Shown here: positions 13,345-27,372 of the stretch, piece by piece
Position numbering within the stretch: the stretch's first letter is position 1
How the letters are laid out: the number at the start of each line of letters is the position of its first letter
NCBI RefSeq assembly: GCF_964355755.1
Contig: NC_092670.1
Coordinates: 39,296,388 to 39,360,387, forward strand
Direction of reading: 5' to 3'
Source: Antedon mediterranea
Taxonomy: Eukaryota > Animalia > Echinodermata
DNA: 64,000 nt
Made by a program: the position numbers and the translations under genes
Notes under the pieces: generated by a model
The model's input: only the letters and a program-made list of their open reading frames with translations
What the model was told of the DNA's origin: nothing
Database searches by the model: none

Positions 13345-13855
13345 TATTTTTTTTAAACGCGCGTGAAGACGAAAAAATGATTTTGGCGCTCCATAGACAA
13401 AACTGTCCTATTTAAATGGACAATAAGTTTCACGTTTCAAGTTCGTATGGATATCCATTTTTATCAGACACACTTTATAATAATATATCTATGCTTTTTA
13501 TCGAAACAAGATGAGGTTATTGAAAATTTTTTTAAACGTATACGCGCGTGAAGACGAAAAGATGATTTTGGCGCTCCATAGATAAAACTGTCCTATTTTA
13601 ATGGACAGTTCGTTTTGATATCCGTTTTTATCAGAGACACATTATAATAATGTCTTTTTGGTTTATGGAAACAAGATGGAGTTATTGAAACATATTTTTT
13701 AACTTATACGCGCGTGAAGACGAAAAATTATTTTGGCGTTCCATAGATAAAACTGTCCTATTTTAATGGACAGTTCGTATGGATATCCGTTTTTATCAGA
13801 GACACATTATAATAATGTCTATGCTTTTATAGAAATAAGATGGGGTTATTGAAAC
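13345..13855. repeat. Tandem repeat, 3 x ~170-180 bp
   Basis: Recurring CGCGCGTGAAGACGAAAA..TTTTGGCGCTCCATAGA.AAAACTGTCCTATTT. Confidence 0.9.
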
Positions 13856-15191
13856 TAGATCCTTTCACAGCAGTTCATAACTAGTCCTACATATAAAAAA
13901 ATAAATAAAAATCATTCGACAAAGAGTATAATTATTACACTGTTATAGTTTGGTCATCTATCAAGCACTACTACCTGTACTATCATGAAAGAAACTTCGC
14001 TTAATTAGAATTATACCGGAATATAAAAAGGGACTAAGTCTCTTAATTTGGCCAAATTGAGTTAAACATAGAAAATTGTCATTTATGCGGGGCTACCTTG
14101 TGTATGAATTATAGACCCTGGTACGTACTAGACAACTGTTAAAATACATTGCTGCTAAGCTCATACTTGTAATATGTTGCAGAGTGAAATATTGAATAAA
14201 ACAACAAAAAATACATTGTTAGAGGCTTACTCAAAGATATACAAAAATACTATCAGCGTCTTCAGTGATGTTATTGTTATAGGTCTGTTTTTATCTTTTG
14301 TTTCAACTGGTAATGGTGTAAGATATATTTCATATATAATTTAAGTACCGGTAATAAAATATGAAGTATCGTATTAATTCCATTTAATATTTAGCAAGGC
14401 TCTTGAGACAAAACTCCTTAATATTTATATTTTATCACTTCGATATAACAGAAACTATTGGTGTATGATTTCAAACACTAGCTCAGCTGAAGACAATTCA
14501 GATATAAATGACAAACCTCAGCTTTCACTCTCAGGCGGGAAACTATTTGTGTGTCGTAAAAGACTGCGATGATTGACCATTGAGGCTGGCTAAATGAACT
14601 AAATAAGTCTGCTCAAAAACTGGTAATAACGAGATAAATTTACTCGTTTTTGTAAGAGGGGTTATGCTCTGATACTAATACGACCGTGAGCATGCGTACC
14701 ACCGCTAAAAACTTCACATAGTATTCATGTTTCCTCCTAAACAACAAATCATCAATTAGATTGATAACAAATTTCAAACAGCACTGATATTGTTGTTTAC
14801 TAACTGCTTTAAAAAAATTACAATTTAAAAGTACATAGCAGCACTGTTAGGACTACAGTACAGTGCTCATATTGCCTACTTACTTTGCCGATGCCAAGTT
14901 GAAATATCATTGTACACGTAATACGTTGGCAAACAACTCACTGATTACATATTATCTAATATTAATTATTAATAATTATTATTATCAGTATCGTGATAAA
15001 AAAAAATCAATGACGACGGACATGATCTATCGATAATAATCAAGGAAGTAAAAATTAATAATTATTTAGTACATATTGTATGGTTTGATATGGCACCAGC
15101 ATAAACATCTCCAATATCAATTTACATAATTAGATATCTTATTTTAAAACCAGTGTGTTGACGTAAATTACGTCCGGAAACCGTACAGTAA

Positions 15192-15369
15192 AGCTTGGTT
15201 CCCACTAGAACGTAACGCAAGGATGTAAACGCAACGCAAGCGTTTTAACCAATGACAAGCGAAGTTAAGACAGTTAGCAATCACAAGCGAATAAGCCATC
15301 GCTTGTGATTGGTCAATTCACTTGCGTTCCGTTACGTCCTTGTGTTGCGTCGCTAGTGGGAACCACGCT
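15192..15369. mobile_element. PIF/Harbinger-like MITE, TIR AGC(T/G)TGGTTCCCACTAG, subfamily 1
   Basis: TAA TSD on both sides; near-identical copy at 46998-47176. Confidence 0.88.
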
Positions 15370-17188
15370 TAAGTTATAGACCTCATGAACTATATATTTG
15401 AACTGTATATTTATATATATTTATTTTTTATATCTGTGGTAATTTTGTGTTTTTATAGTTTATTTTGTATTTACTGTTTGTATTGTTTGAGGGTCCCTAA
15501 TGATCAGCTGATGCTGAATGGACCACCCTCATAAAATATTGTTGAAATAAAATAAATAAAATAAACTAAAATCTCCTTTTACTTGAATTTTATTCTGAAA
15601 AAAAAAAGAGACTGAAATATTTGGGAATCAATCGTCATCCTAAGACCGGTCATGTCAATGAATGCAAGCATTTAAATGCAACATTATAAGCACGTACTTT
15701 AATCAGTTGTCAACGTCTCAGTAAGAACGTTTTACAATTTGAAAGATTTTATAAATTGCTGTTCTTAGGAAGGGTATGACAACTATATTCAATATTATTT
15801 TCTTTCAAAAATTGGAAAATACAATTATTTTCACATTACCGTACTACAGTATACTAATTAGATCTCTTTTACTTTTCATACAAATAATGCACATATTACA
15901 ACAGACGCTCAAAATGTGATTTCAAAATGGGAAAATACAATTTACACATTACAATATACTCTATCTATTTATTTTCATAAACGCTACGGTAATATAAAAT
16001 AATGTGCATCGTAATATTACAACTATTTTCAAAATGTGCTGTTAATAGCGAAGTGAATGTTACATTTTGATTGCTTTTTAAATAGAAGAAACTTATCTGT
16101 TCTTTCTATGTTCTTCTAGATTTTAAATTTTTTTTATACGCTGATATTTGCAAGAGAGATGTGACATATTCCAAAGTATAAACAAGCTTTCAGCAAAAGG
16201 TGAAAAATACCTTAAAAGGAAGAAGTGCTGCAAGCTGGTTTAAATTTGTTTAAATTATTATCTATCAGCACGTATGAACTTTCGTTCCAGAGAATTGTCA
16301 TTTTTTCCCAAAAATTTGCCTTTGAATTATTAATAAATAAATAAAAGTAAATTGTTGATATGCCTCTTTTCCGATAAATGGTATGGTATGTTATGTTACA
16401 TTACTTCACTATTACCATTGTCTTTATAATCTCACTCTAAATTTCCCGTTCTATACTAATATTACTAAAATAAATTAAAAGAGGCCTACTTACGTGCAAC
16501 ATTGTTTCATGTGCAAGAGACGTTCCACCTGTATTCCAATGAACAAACAAATCTTCCGAATTATTATCACAAAACTGTCTACCCACATAATACACACACG
16601 AATACCGGTAGATAAAATGATTTTGATAACAAATTCAAATGGGATAGCTATATCGACATTCAGTAGCTCCTGAGACAATTTCCATAATAAGCTGGCGAGA
16701 ACTTAGGCGGCCTGGAAAGTCATTACACGCGGTTATGATTCGAAACAGACACGTGACTTGAATGGTGACGACACGGAGGTGTAAAATGGCCTCGTGGGAG
16801 ATTACAACTAAATGAGAAGAATATTTCTAACTATCGATTGTAACACTGTGTTTTTTTTTCTACATTTTGAAATATCTTGAAATCGGTGACTCGATCAAGC
16901 GAGCAATAGCTACTTGACGTGTTTATGGGCGTATCTTTGTTTATGTCAATCTTGGGAATAGTTTTAGAAGCACAGATTTCTCGTTATTTGTCAATTGCCA
17001 GAATCAGTTAATTTCCAATTTAGGAGATAATGATCTTTTTAAATAATAATTGAATATCTATTTATGATTACTAGTATTAACCGTTAAATCTTTCTCGACT
17101 AACCAAATCAGCTAAACATATAACAAAATTCTTTGATTTCTTTGGCAAGTCAATCATAACAGTCAGAGGGCATTCGAAATTTAAAAAA

Positions 17189-17945
17189 AACAAGGCCATA
17201 TAGATGGCTGCAGTCGCGTGCTCATTAGTGTTTACCGATCAACCTACCAACTGACCGAAATTACTGAACATGTTTAAAAATGTTGAAATGTTTAAAAACA
17301 TTTATATTTTTTTAATTTACACGTGCGTAGCCTGTCACTTTTGACGTGCTCGTATAACGTAATTTTTAGTTAAAAAGTAAGTCAAGAAAACAGAAATCGG
17401 GCAAAAAGAGTGCGCAATAACATTTAACGCGCAGTGCGCGCGCAAAAATCTGCGCACTCATGGCAATTTTGTAAACGCTTAAATTTGCCTGAAACTCTTA
17501 TTTCATCGAAAATAAATTTTGAAAACTTTAAGCGCGCGTACGCATGCGTTACATGCGCTACGCACGTATTTGTATTGCCATATGATGATTTATGCCCTGA
17601 AATTTATGAGTACCAAATTTTATTTAATTGTGATTCATGGTTGTGAAGATATGATTACAAACGTGATTTCGTTAAATCGTGCGTAGACCGCGTATTTTTT
17701 TATTGCGCACCGTGAAAACATAACCACATCGATTCCTGGCCATAAGGAATATACTGTGAAAAATTGACTTAGCTAGATTAAACTGATATCAAGATAAGGT
17801 CAGAAAGCGATAAAACGCATAGTGATACCGGACCGACAGACAGACCGACAGACCGACAGACCGACAGACCGACAGACAGACCGACAGACAGACCGACCGA
17901 CGAACCGACCGACCGACTGACATAGTGAACTATAGCGACTAAAAA
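17189..17945 (-). mobile_element. Long Helentron-associated (HINE-like) element
   Basis: Same termini as the 1474 and 45243 copies (AACAAGGCC..AGTCGCGTG; CATAGTGAACTATAG..GACTAAAAA) with GACA/GACC microsatellite at 17830-17920. Confidence 0.65.
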
Positions 17946-19887
17946 CATTTGGGCATACCTCCATACAACAGTTTCCATACCAGTATCATAAATCAGGTGA
18001 TCATGTCATTAAAAACTATCGTCAGAGAAAACAGACTATTGGAAAGAACAAACGGCATAGTATACGAATTGTCTGCTGTATTTTGGGACCTATTACCTTA
18101 ACAAAGTTGTGTTGTAAAATAGATGGTGAAAAACTGATCGTGAATTTGTTACGATCAATGCATTATGCAAGAAGGCTTATTTAGACAACATTCTTTCCTT
18201 TTTCTTTCTTACCTCTAGTACATCTTTCCTCTTCAACTTGCTTGTTGCATAGAGGGGTCAAAATAAGCGGTCAACGTTTGTTTCACTTGTAAAATGTAAC
18301 GTAAAATATTCGACTGTGCACTTCCAACTCAAATATTGGTAAACTCAACTCTCTCTCTGTGACCTATTTATATTACACGTTAATATAAATTTTAATACAA
18401 TAGCAATAAGTTATATAGACGGTAATGTAATTGTATTTGTTTTATGTTTATAACTCAGTTGACTTTATGAAATGCTTTGTAAATAAGCAGCGATAAACCA
18501 ATAATCTAGGCTATAATTATGATCATTCGAATAGTATCATTTTGCTTATTAATGGAGTGTTTATTAATGGCAATGTAATAGCTTTGGATTCTTACGAATT
18601 AGGCCTAATACTGGATGCTCCATTTTTACTTTATAAACGTAACATAATTCTGTATAAATATCACAGAACAGCTTTAAACGAAAATAATTTTGTAAATGTG
18701 TTTTGTTAGACATCGTTAAATTTCAAATTCAAAGTAATTGTTAAGCAGTAAAACTAAAAAGAAAATCTAAAAGAAAACAAAATTGTCTCGAAAGAAATAT
18801 TCGTTTTCTATGTTTATCACAGCAGGGGGGTTGATGCCAACGTGCATAAGAATGGATCATATATGAATACCATGAAACAAAACATAATTATTTATGTGAC
18901 GACGACTTGACTGAGTCATTGCATGCTGGCATTTAATTGTGTTCAAAAATATAGAATAGTAATCATACTATCAAATCAATTTTACAGCCTATCCCTCAAG
19001 AATTTGTGATGAAGCGTATAGACCCTTCGGGATTCAAAATCATGATTGGTATTTCGACATAACACTCATAATGGCATCAATCAGTATAGATTTTTGAGTC
19101 GGATTGACATAAAGTTTACGCAAATCTAACGTTATTTTTATATATTAAAATACAGTAACGATCTGAGGATTTAGTTTTCTATTCTTTTTCTACATTAACT
19201 GAAAATATTCACATTTGTTGCAAGACTTAAAGTATACAGAATTATTCATGGACTTACTTACTCACTTACTATTGCCCTGGAATTTCACAGGTTTCTTTAC
19301 TTCTTTCAATATGGTAACATGCAAGTGACACATCAGTAGACTAAAGAGACAGAATTTAATGAATTTAAAGCAATCCGAGAAAAATGAAATCACATAAAAG
19401 TTGATTTGATTGGAAAACCTGTTTAATAATTAAATCAAATAAATAACAAGATTCCTAACTTCAATGAAAGTGACATTATGCAGACAAAACTCAACAATTT
19501 TAGTGCAAATAAAATGTTTGGAATCTTCTCAAGTGAGGTTATGGTTAAGATCTGGAAGGCGATTGAGGAGGACTGTTTGAGGTAGAACATAACGCTTCCT
19601 TAATTCTTTTGTTCCACATTCATTCAGGCTTTTTAATCAACCAAGTTAATTCATTGTTTATCAGAATAATATTGTAGCTCTGTTGTATTTTAAAAATATT
19701 TTTGTCTGTTTCTGTATTACAAACCTTCAACTAATTTTTGAGCAATAATGTCAACATGAATTTCCTTTTGGCAAATAAAATGAACTATGTGTACATTATT
19801 CAATCTTTTTTCGGAATTTCTGGTTCATATAAAGTAAACTTATTAAACTAAGTTAATTAAAAATAAGACTGTACTAATTACTACTAC

Positions 19888-20926
19888 TCATCTCAGGATG
19901 GCAATCCACCTTGAGAGCATCTTTGACTTATCTAACATGTTGTCTAAAATCGTTGAGACTAAAAGCTCTCATCTCAGGATGGCAATCCACCTTGAGAGCA
20001 TCTTTGACTTATCTAACATGTTGTCTATAATCGATGAGACTAAAAGCTCTCATCTCAGGATGGCATTCTACCTTGAGAGCATCTTTGACTTATCTAACAT
20101 GTTGTCTATAATCGTTGAGACTAAAAGCTCTCATCTCAGGATGGCAATCCACCTTGAGAGCATCTTTGACTTATCTAACATGTCTATAATCGTTGTTACT
20201 ACAAGGTCTCATCTCAGGATGGCATTCCACCTTGAGAGCATCTTTGACTTATCTAACATGTTGTCTATAATCGTTGAGACTAAAAGCTCTCATCTCAGGA
20301 TGGCAATCCACCTTGAGAGCATCTTTGACTTATCTAACATGTTGTCTATAATCGTTGAGACTAAAAGCTCTCATCTCAGGATGGCAATCCACCTTGAGAG
20401 CATCTTTGACTTATCTAACATGTTGTCTATAATCGTGGCATTCCACCTTGAGAGCATCTTTGACTTATCTAACATGTTGTCTATAATCGTGGCATTCCAC
20501 CTTGAGAGCATCTTTTACTTATCTAACATGTTGTCTATAATCGTGGCATTCCACCTTGAGAGCATCTTTGACTTATCTAACATGTTGTCTATAATCGTGG
20601 CATTCCACCTTGAGAGCATCTTTGACTTATCTAACATGTTGTCTATAATCGTGGCATTCCACCTTGAGAGCATCTTTGACTTATCTAACATGTTGTCTAT
20701 AATCGTGGCATTCCACCTTGAGAGCATCTTTGACTTATCTAACATGTTGTCTATAATCGTGGCATTCCACCTTGAGAGCATCTTTGACTTATCTAACATG
20801 TTGTCTATAATCGTGGCATTCCACCTTGAGAGCATCTTTACATGTTGTCTATAATCGTGGCATTCCACCTTGAGAGCATCTTTGACTTAATATCTAACAT
20901 GTTGTCTATAATCGTTGAGACTAAAA
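19888..20926. repeat. Minisatellite with 81-bp units switching to 54-bp units
   Basis: About six 81-mers followed by about nine 54-mers sharing CCACCTTGAGAGCATCTTTGACTTATCTAACATGTTGTCTATAATCG. Confidence 0.95.
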
Positions 20927-22346
20927 CAAACTTAAAACTTGAGTCTACAACATCAGGCCATATCGATTTTCGTAAAATTTCAAAAAAGAAGGAATTCTAC
21001 ATTCCGTGAACAATGTCAGTTTATATATACTTTACCTGAAATATGTCATGGAAAAGATACATAGATTAAAAGGAACAGTTTTTATGGTCCACGTACATAA
21101 GTGTGCCTCTAGGCTCAAATCAGCAGAAATGGAATTGGCAAGTTGTTATACATCCTTTCAATGAATAAATTGTATAAATTTGAATAAAACTGTATAAATG
21201 AATTTCAACTATTAGCAAGTGATATGTGGTGATCCTTTGGAAATATTTTGGCTTAAAAACCCCTGACATGAACAAATTTTATATTTTGTTTTATTTTTTA
21301 ACTGAACTGTAATTATCAGTACTTCATTATACAAATAATGTGATATGCACAATCAAATTGAAATTACGCAAGGCAATAATGTATACACTGTCATTTCCTT
21401 TAAGACATGACACACTTTTGATTAGAAATAAGAATTGTAGAAAATCAAATCCGAAAAGTAAGATAACAAGTAGGCCTATGCAAAATGGACTCTTTCTTTG
21501 GTTGGTACCATTGCTTTTCATACAGCATTTTTTAGCTGAAACGCGATATCTTTTTTTTAACTGGTTTCGAAGAAAACCGTCCTTTAATTCTTCAATATAA
21601 ACATTGTTTGGATAATATGATTATTATGCTCAACGTAAATATTGCAAACAATTTTTACATTAAAAAATTATAATATATATAGACCTATGTCAGATATTTT
21701 AGGTCAGGTTGTATTTTGAAATGTGTGTGTAAATCTACGAATCGTATCCAATGCATAATTTAATGCAAACTCGACATATCCTGTCAGAAATACTTATGTC
21801 TATCTTCCTCAGAGTCAATATTCCCACTGTCAGTCCGATTTGATTGCAATTATATACGTTACGATGAATGTATGAGAAATTCATTCAGCATTGGCACAAA
21901 ATGCAAATTAGCATTTCGCTATATCAATCTTCACACGCGTACTTCAACACACTCAATCACGCTACGGTTGGTCGACACACGACGCTAAAAAGCGTCGATT
22001 CTGAAACAGATTGATTTAAAATCCTATCGAAAATAACACATTATCTGTCACCGTGTAATATCCATGGCGTGAATAGCGTCGATGCGTGATATACGTGTAA
22101 TAGTTGTTGAAATGAATAATCGTATTTCATTTTGTATAGTTAGGTGACCCACTTTATTCCCTACCCCTTCCCCTTTCGACACCTTCTGCATGACAATTAC
22201 CATCACTCCGAACAATATAAAACAAAATGCATCCTGCAGACAATACCTACCTTATTTAAGTAGGCCTACCTTATTAATCTATATTTTGTAATTGTTTATT
22301 AAAGAAAGAAAATAAATGTTTACGTTGATTTGATTTGAACGTTTAA

Positions 22347-22658
22347 AGATGTATTTTCCCCCTGAAAAATAATGTTTTGCATTTTGTTTTTGTTGAATAT
22401 GCCATTTTAATGTCACATAATAGTTATTGAATTTGACCAAAAATTGGATCGAAAAAAAAAATTATTTTATTTTAAGAAAAAAATTGTCAAATTGGCTGCC
22501 AGCCCAAGGAATTTTTGGTTGAATTTAACCATTTATCATGTTATTTTATAAGTGAAAACATAATTTGTTTCCCTTTTTTTTCTACGGAAGTGATTCACTT
22601 TATTAAAACTACATGATTTAATTAATCTTCATTTTTGTTTTTGGGGGCCAATACATCT
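22347..22658. mobile_element. Kolobok-like MITE, copy 1
   Basis: TTAA then AGATGTATTTTCCCC ... GGGGCCAATACATCT; homologous to 24959-25294. Confidence 0.65.
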
Positions 22659-24153
22659 TACATTGACCAAATAAAGTATCGATAAATGACGGTGTATACT
22701 GGGCATGCTTAGAGTAATATTTGTTATAAATTACCATAAAGACGATGCTAGAGATCCGAAAGTTCTTTGTTTGTCTACAAAGCATTGGCCTACAGCAGAC
22801 GACCTAGGCTACGTTTACGGCTTTCGCTCTCTGCGGTTGAAATCAATTATTGCTGGCAACGATTGTACACTTTCGTTGGAGGTCTTTGGTTATCTAATAA
22901 GAGTTTGGTGTGTAACTTTAGGAGAGCCTTGCGTCATCAAAACTATACATGCTAAGCTTTGTAGGCCATAGATCTGTTCACAGCACTCACTTGCACTTTC
23001 CATTTCTAGTGATAATAATAATAATATACCATAAGGGAACATTGTCACTCTTATCATAATCAATAATTTCAAGATAGATATTATGTATTGATGATAATTA
23101 ATATAAACATGTGTATCGCTTCAAAACCACATCTTTAAATTCACACAGTCGTCTATATGTCTCTGTATTATACGAATAAAATATACGCCGATGTCACGTG
23201 ATTGAAAAATCAATATGGCTTTTAATTGTGAATTACATACGCTTGATAACAAAGCCATAAAAATGTGGTATTTTGCGAGTATTATATTTTAGTCCATCAT
23301 TTAAACAATACTATCATATCAATCAATTTATATAAATTTGTTTATAGTCTTATTTTATTACAAATAACTTTGTATTAAGGAAACAATATCATGTTTTACT
23401 TATACTACAAATTCAACCAATGCTTATTTTACTTGTTTTATTAGTGTTGTTTCGTGTAATCATGTTAAAACATCGTCGTGTTTTTTGTACCGTGATATTT
23501 ATTCAGCACTGTATCTAATTGCATTGTGTCTGTTCGTTTAGTTTCAGGAGTAATTCTGTGTATATACAATTAATGATGGGCGCATCACTTTGATGTACAA
23601 AATCTACTTTGTAACTCGAAGGGTCTTATGGGAAAACTATCAACATAATCCCGATATTTTCTGGTCATCCCATTAAATTACCTTTTATATGATGACCATC
23701 GTGTCATCCTCATGATTGTATAAAAATGTATCAAATCTTGCAAAAGCAAAACAGTTTATATTATATTCTTTATATCAGCTACTCATCAGTCCTTTTTTTT
23801 ACTTGACGAAGTTTTTCGCAAAGCTTGTTGCGCATATTTTTGCATCGCGAAAATCCAATGTAATGAATCATACACATGCGCATAAAAGAAGAATTTTGAT
23901 TTGAGTGAAGAAATGCGTCTAAATAGACAAAAAAGGGCTTACAGTAAACAAGATGCATAGAGTTGATGCGAGACAACGCTACGGATTCTGTACTGTGCGT
24001 ACGCGTACGTGCGTACGTATGTCTGAGACAACAAATTGGGCGAATCTGATTTGCCATTTCTTGTCTCCTGATTTCTCCCTCTATATTAATATTGACTAGA
24101 TTGGAGGGGGGCGATGTGTTTTCATCGTGGAGCGACACTTTGTAACATAGTAA

Positions 24154-24371
24154 AGCTTGTTTACCACTAGCGAGGCAACATAATAACGCAACCTACGCAA
24201 CGTAAGCATATGCCATTCCAATAATTGTGTTTGACCCTGCCTGCGTGAAATCAAACCTACGATGTCTGTTGCGTCGTCTGTTCCCACTTGTGATTACGCA
24301 ATACAGCACTTTGCGTCAATACGTCGCTGCATTGCGTTAAGTTAAGTTGCGTCGCTAGTGGGAACCAAGCT
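24154..24371. mobile_element. PIF/Harbinger-like MITE, subfamily 2
   Basis: TAA TSD; TIR AGCTTG(T/G)TT(A/C)CCACTAG; internal sequence is the reverse complement of the 57843-58049 copy. Confidence 0.8.
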
Positions 24372-24958
24372 TAAGAAATGAAAGCCCCTACTTGTTTTCT
24401 ATACATGGTAATGATATATACTATCATAAATACTGTTTCAACAACTGTGATGAAAAGTCAAAAACGTCGGTTTAAAATTATCCAATTAATTTGCGTTTGT
24501 TTACGTATTAATATTTGCACAGCATTACTGATGTGATTTTTAACCGTATTATGATTAATGAAACATAAGCTTTAACGTTGTCTTGGGAATTGCGAATATC
24601 AGCTATTCAGTTGCATATTAATTGCATTGACAAATGTATCGGCACCGCTAAAGTATATCCCATTACTGATCAGCAAGCATTGTGTGTACTTTACGTTGAT
24701 CGTCGTCGAATGGTCCATGTGACGTCAAAATAATAAAAAGGGATACGATCGGTTAACATGTTTTACACGGTCAAAGGTTATATTGCATATTTATTGATAC
24801 TATTTTCAGTGAAAATATGTAAAATATCATGAATCCCAGTGTAATTGCTTCGATATGATATTTTATACAAATTTACAGTCAATATATTCGGTAAGGTCAA
24901 CGGACTTAATATACTACACTGATAAACCTAAGTAGTAAAACAGAACACTATTATTTAA

Positions 24959-25294
24959 AGATATGGGCCTATTGTCTTCCTAAACAAATTTAGTTTCAAT
25001 TTGTGTTAATATGCCATTGTTATGTCACATAATAGTTATTCACTTTGACCAAAAACTAGATCGAAAACAAATATATTTACCTGAAAAAAAATGTAATTTA
25101 AAGCAAAATAATATTTAAATTGTCTGTCACACTATGTTTTTGGTTAAAATTAATTTCTTTTGTCTTTTTATAAGTGAAATAATTTTTTTTTTTTTACAGA
25201 AGTGAATAACTTTATTACAACTGCAAAATGGCCTATTTAAAGACTGTTTTTATTAATCTTCATTGTTCATATATTTTTGGGGGACAATACATCT
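24959..25294. mobile_element. Kolobok-like MITE, copy 2
   Basis: TTAA TSD on both sides, AG..CT termini, right TIR GGGGACAATACATCT. Confidence 0.7.
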
Positions 25295-25551
25295 TTAAGG
25301 TTGTATAGAGCTCAGAGAGTATATGTATTGTGTCTATCCTAAAGCTACACATGCAGCAATGTACGCATACTAACCATGCATTATTTTGACACATCACATA
25401 TCTGTGTTATTTCATACTAAACAATGAATGCCATATGACAAAATTATTCCTCATTGTTAACAAGATCCCAATAAATACAATAACATACATACACGACACC
25501 AGATGCTTGGTATAGCTCGTTCAGAAATCAGTTTATTTCAGGCATAGAAAC

Positions 25552-27100
25552 ATGATGAAATTTATGTATAGATTAACTGTGTCTTTTACTACTTTTTGCG
25601 TTTTACTAGGATGGATACTGTTTTACGGACACTACACCGGGAAGTCTGTTCTCAAGCCGATCCCTACTTTACGAATTAAAAATGTAGGCCTACTGGTAGT
25701 ACCCGTTCGTCAAGAGGAAGGAGACGGGTGTGTACAGTATTTTAATCCGTATCATACTAGAAACATTCATTGTGATAGCTTCCGTATCCACCCCAGTTCG
25801 AAATATTCAATCCTAGCATGCTTAGTATCGAAGTGGAATTGATGGAATAATGATTTTGTAGTTAGGCCTATTAGTTAATATTAGGCATCATTAGTATATA
25901 AATGTCTATAAATGTTGTTATTTTCTATTTTGTATTTCGTGGAATGAAGCTTCCATTATGATTTGTTTATCAATATGTCTTTGTTTCTTTTGTAGGATAA
26001 ACAAGAAAACAGAAGTTGCTAACAGTCGACACATGTGCGACAAAGGAGAAACTACTGATTGTACACCTAAACCTGTGTATAACGCCACCGGTAATAAACT
26101 GAACACTTTGACTTCTGACCTTTCATTTATAAATAAAAGATTACCATGGATGAAATTAAAGAGCTATCTTCCGAACTATTTTACACAAATTAATAATAGC
26201 AAGCGGGCGGAATACAAAAATGCAAAGTTGGTGTTTTTGTATACGCCTAGATCGGCGTCCTCCGGATCACGTCGCTGTATCCGTAAAGCTTCCACTGGCG
26301 ATGGTAGACGAGTCGGGCCTGATTTATCGGAGTGTAAACGAACTCATTTCAAGCAAAATAATGAATATGATGTATTATTAGGAGACACTGTTTTCGGTTT
26401 ATGTGAAGATTCTGAACGGCCATGTGGTTACGTTACGCTAGTACGAGATCCTTATGAGCGTGTCGTGTCGAGCTATTCATACTGCCGACGGACAAGAAGT
26501 GATCCACTATGTAGAGCAATGTCCCCTTGGAAATCTTCAATAACAGAGTGGGCGGAACACCTCGGAAATTACTTCTTCCAACAGCTCATTTTCCATCCGA
26601 AATTCTGTAATCAGTTCCAAGAGTATTATTTTCCAAGAAGCATTAAGAGTGATATCTATCTCAGCCCACCGGTGTGGTTCCGTCAAAAAGTCATACTATC
26701 CCACATGTTAACTAAACAGCAATTAGATACAATTGTAGATTACTGTTTGAAGAATCTGGAAAATTGGTTTTCTTTAGTTGGGCTTATGGAACATTATGAG
26801 ATAAGTATGAAAATGATTGAAACCGTTTTCAAAATTCCCGTAGAACGTGTTTGTGTGAGAAACCAATCACAAAATGTGGGACAATACTCCAATTTATTAA
26901 TCCCATCTGAAAATAATGCAATTGATGATAAAATGGGCATTAGGAAATTGATTGAAGAATTAAAGGAAGATGCTAGTGTAAGACTTGCAATGCAAGCTGA
27001 TCTGAGGCTATACACTAGATTTAAAGAGATATTCCAACGACAGGTAGACAATTATCAAATGACATTAGGTAAAATAAGGGCACGCAATCTATCTCGGTAA
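25552..27100 (+). CDS. Golgi type II membrane sulfotransferase 3 (divergent 5'-PSB loop), ~426 aa
   Basis: Exons 25552-25727 (anchor LTVSFTTFCVLLGWILFY) and 25996-27100, same phase-2 intron as the paralogs. Motifs VRDPYERVVSSY, YCRRTRSDPLCRA, FSLVGLMEHYEIS; 5'-PSB reads FLYTPRSASSG. Confidence 0.85.
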
Positions 27101-27190
27101 AAATAGCATTAGGTAATTAATGGCACGCAATTTATCTCGGTAAATAACTTAAACTATATTTTGTTTGAAGGTTTGCATGGCGAAATAAAA

Positions 27191-27372
27191 AATATTGATT
27201 TAAAGTTTGCGGTACACCACGTGTCTTATTTCTGAAAAGAACTGTTGATTTTCTCGACGTTTCGTCCTCACTCCTGGGGACGATCAAAGCATATTGATCG
27301 AAACGTCGAGAAACTCAGCAGTTCTTTTCAGAACTAAGACACGTGGTGTACCGCAAACTTTATATCAACATT
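27191..27372. mobile_element. Palindromic Penelope-like terminal-repeat remnant with a hammerhead-like motif
   Basis: ~70-bp inverted arms ending GACGTTTCG / starting CGAAACGTC. Plus strand reads CTC-CTGGGGA-C-GATCAA-AGCATA-TTGATC-GAAA-CG-TC-GAG. Confidence 0.65.

Noticed and set aside
19898-20854. 318-aa repetitive ORF as a protein-coding gene
   Set aside because: It coincides exactly with a tandem repeat whose units are multiples of 3, with no splice or domain evidence.
22890-23072. Signal-peptide-like short ORF (MIRVTMFPYGILLLLSL)
   Set aside because: The hydrophobic run comes from a (TTA)n repeat, and there is no recognisable domain or splice support.
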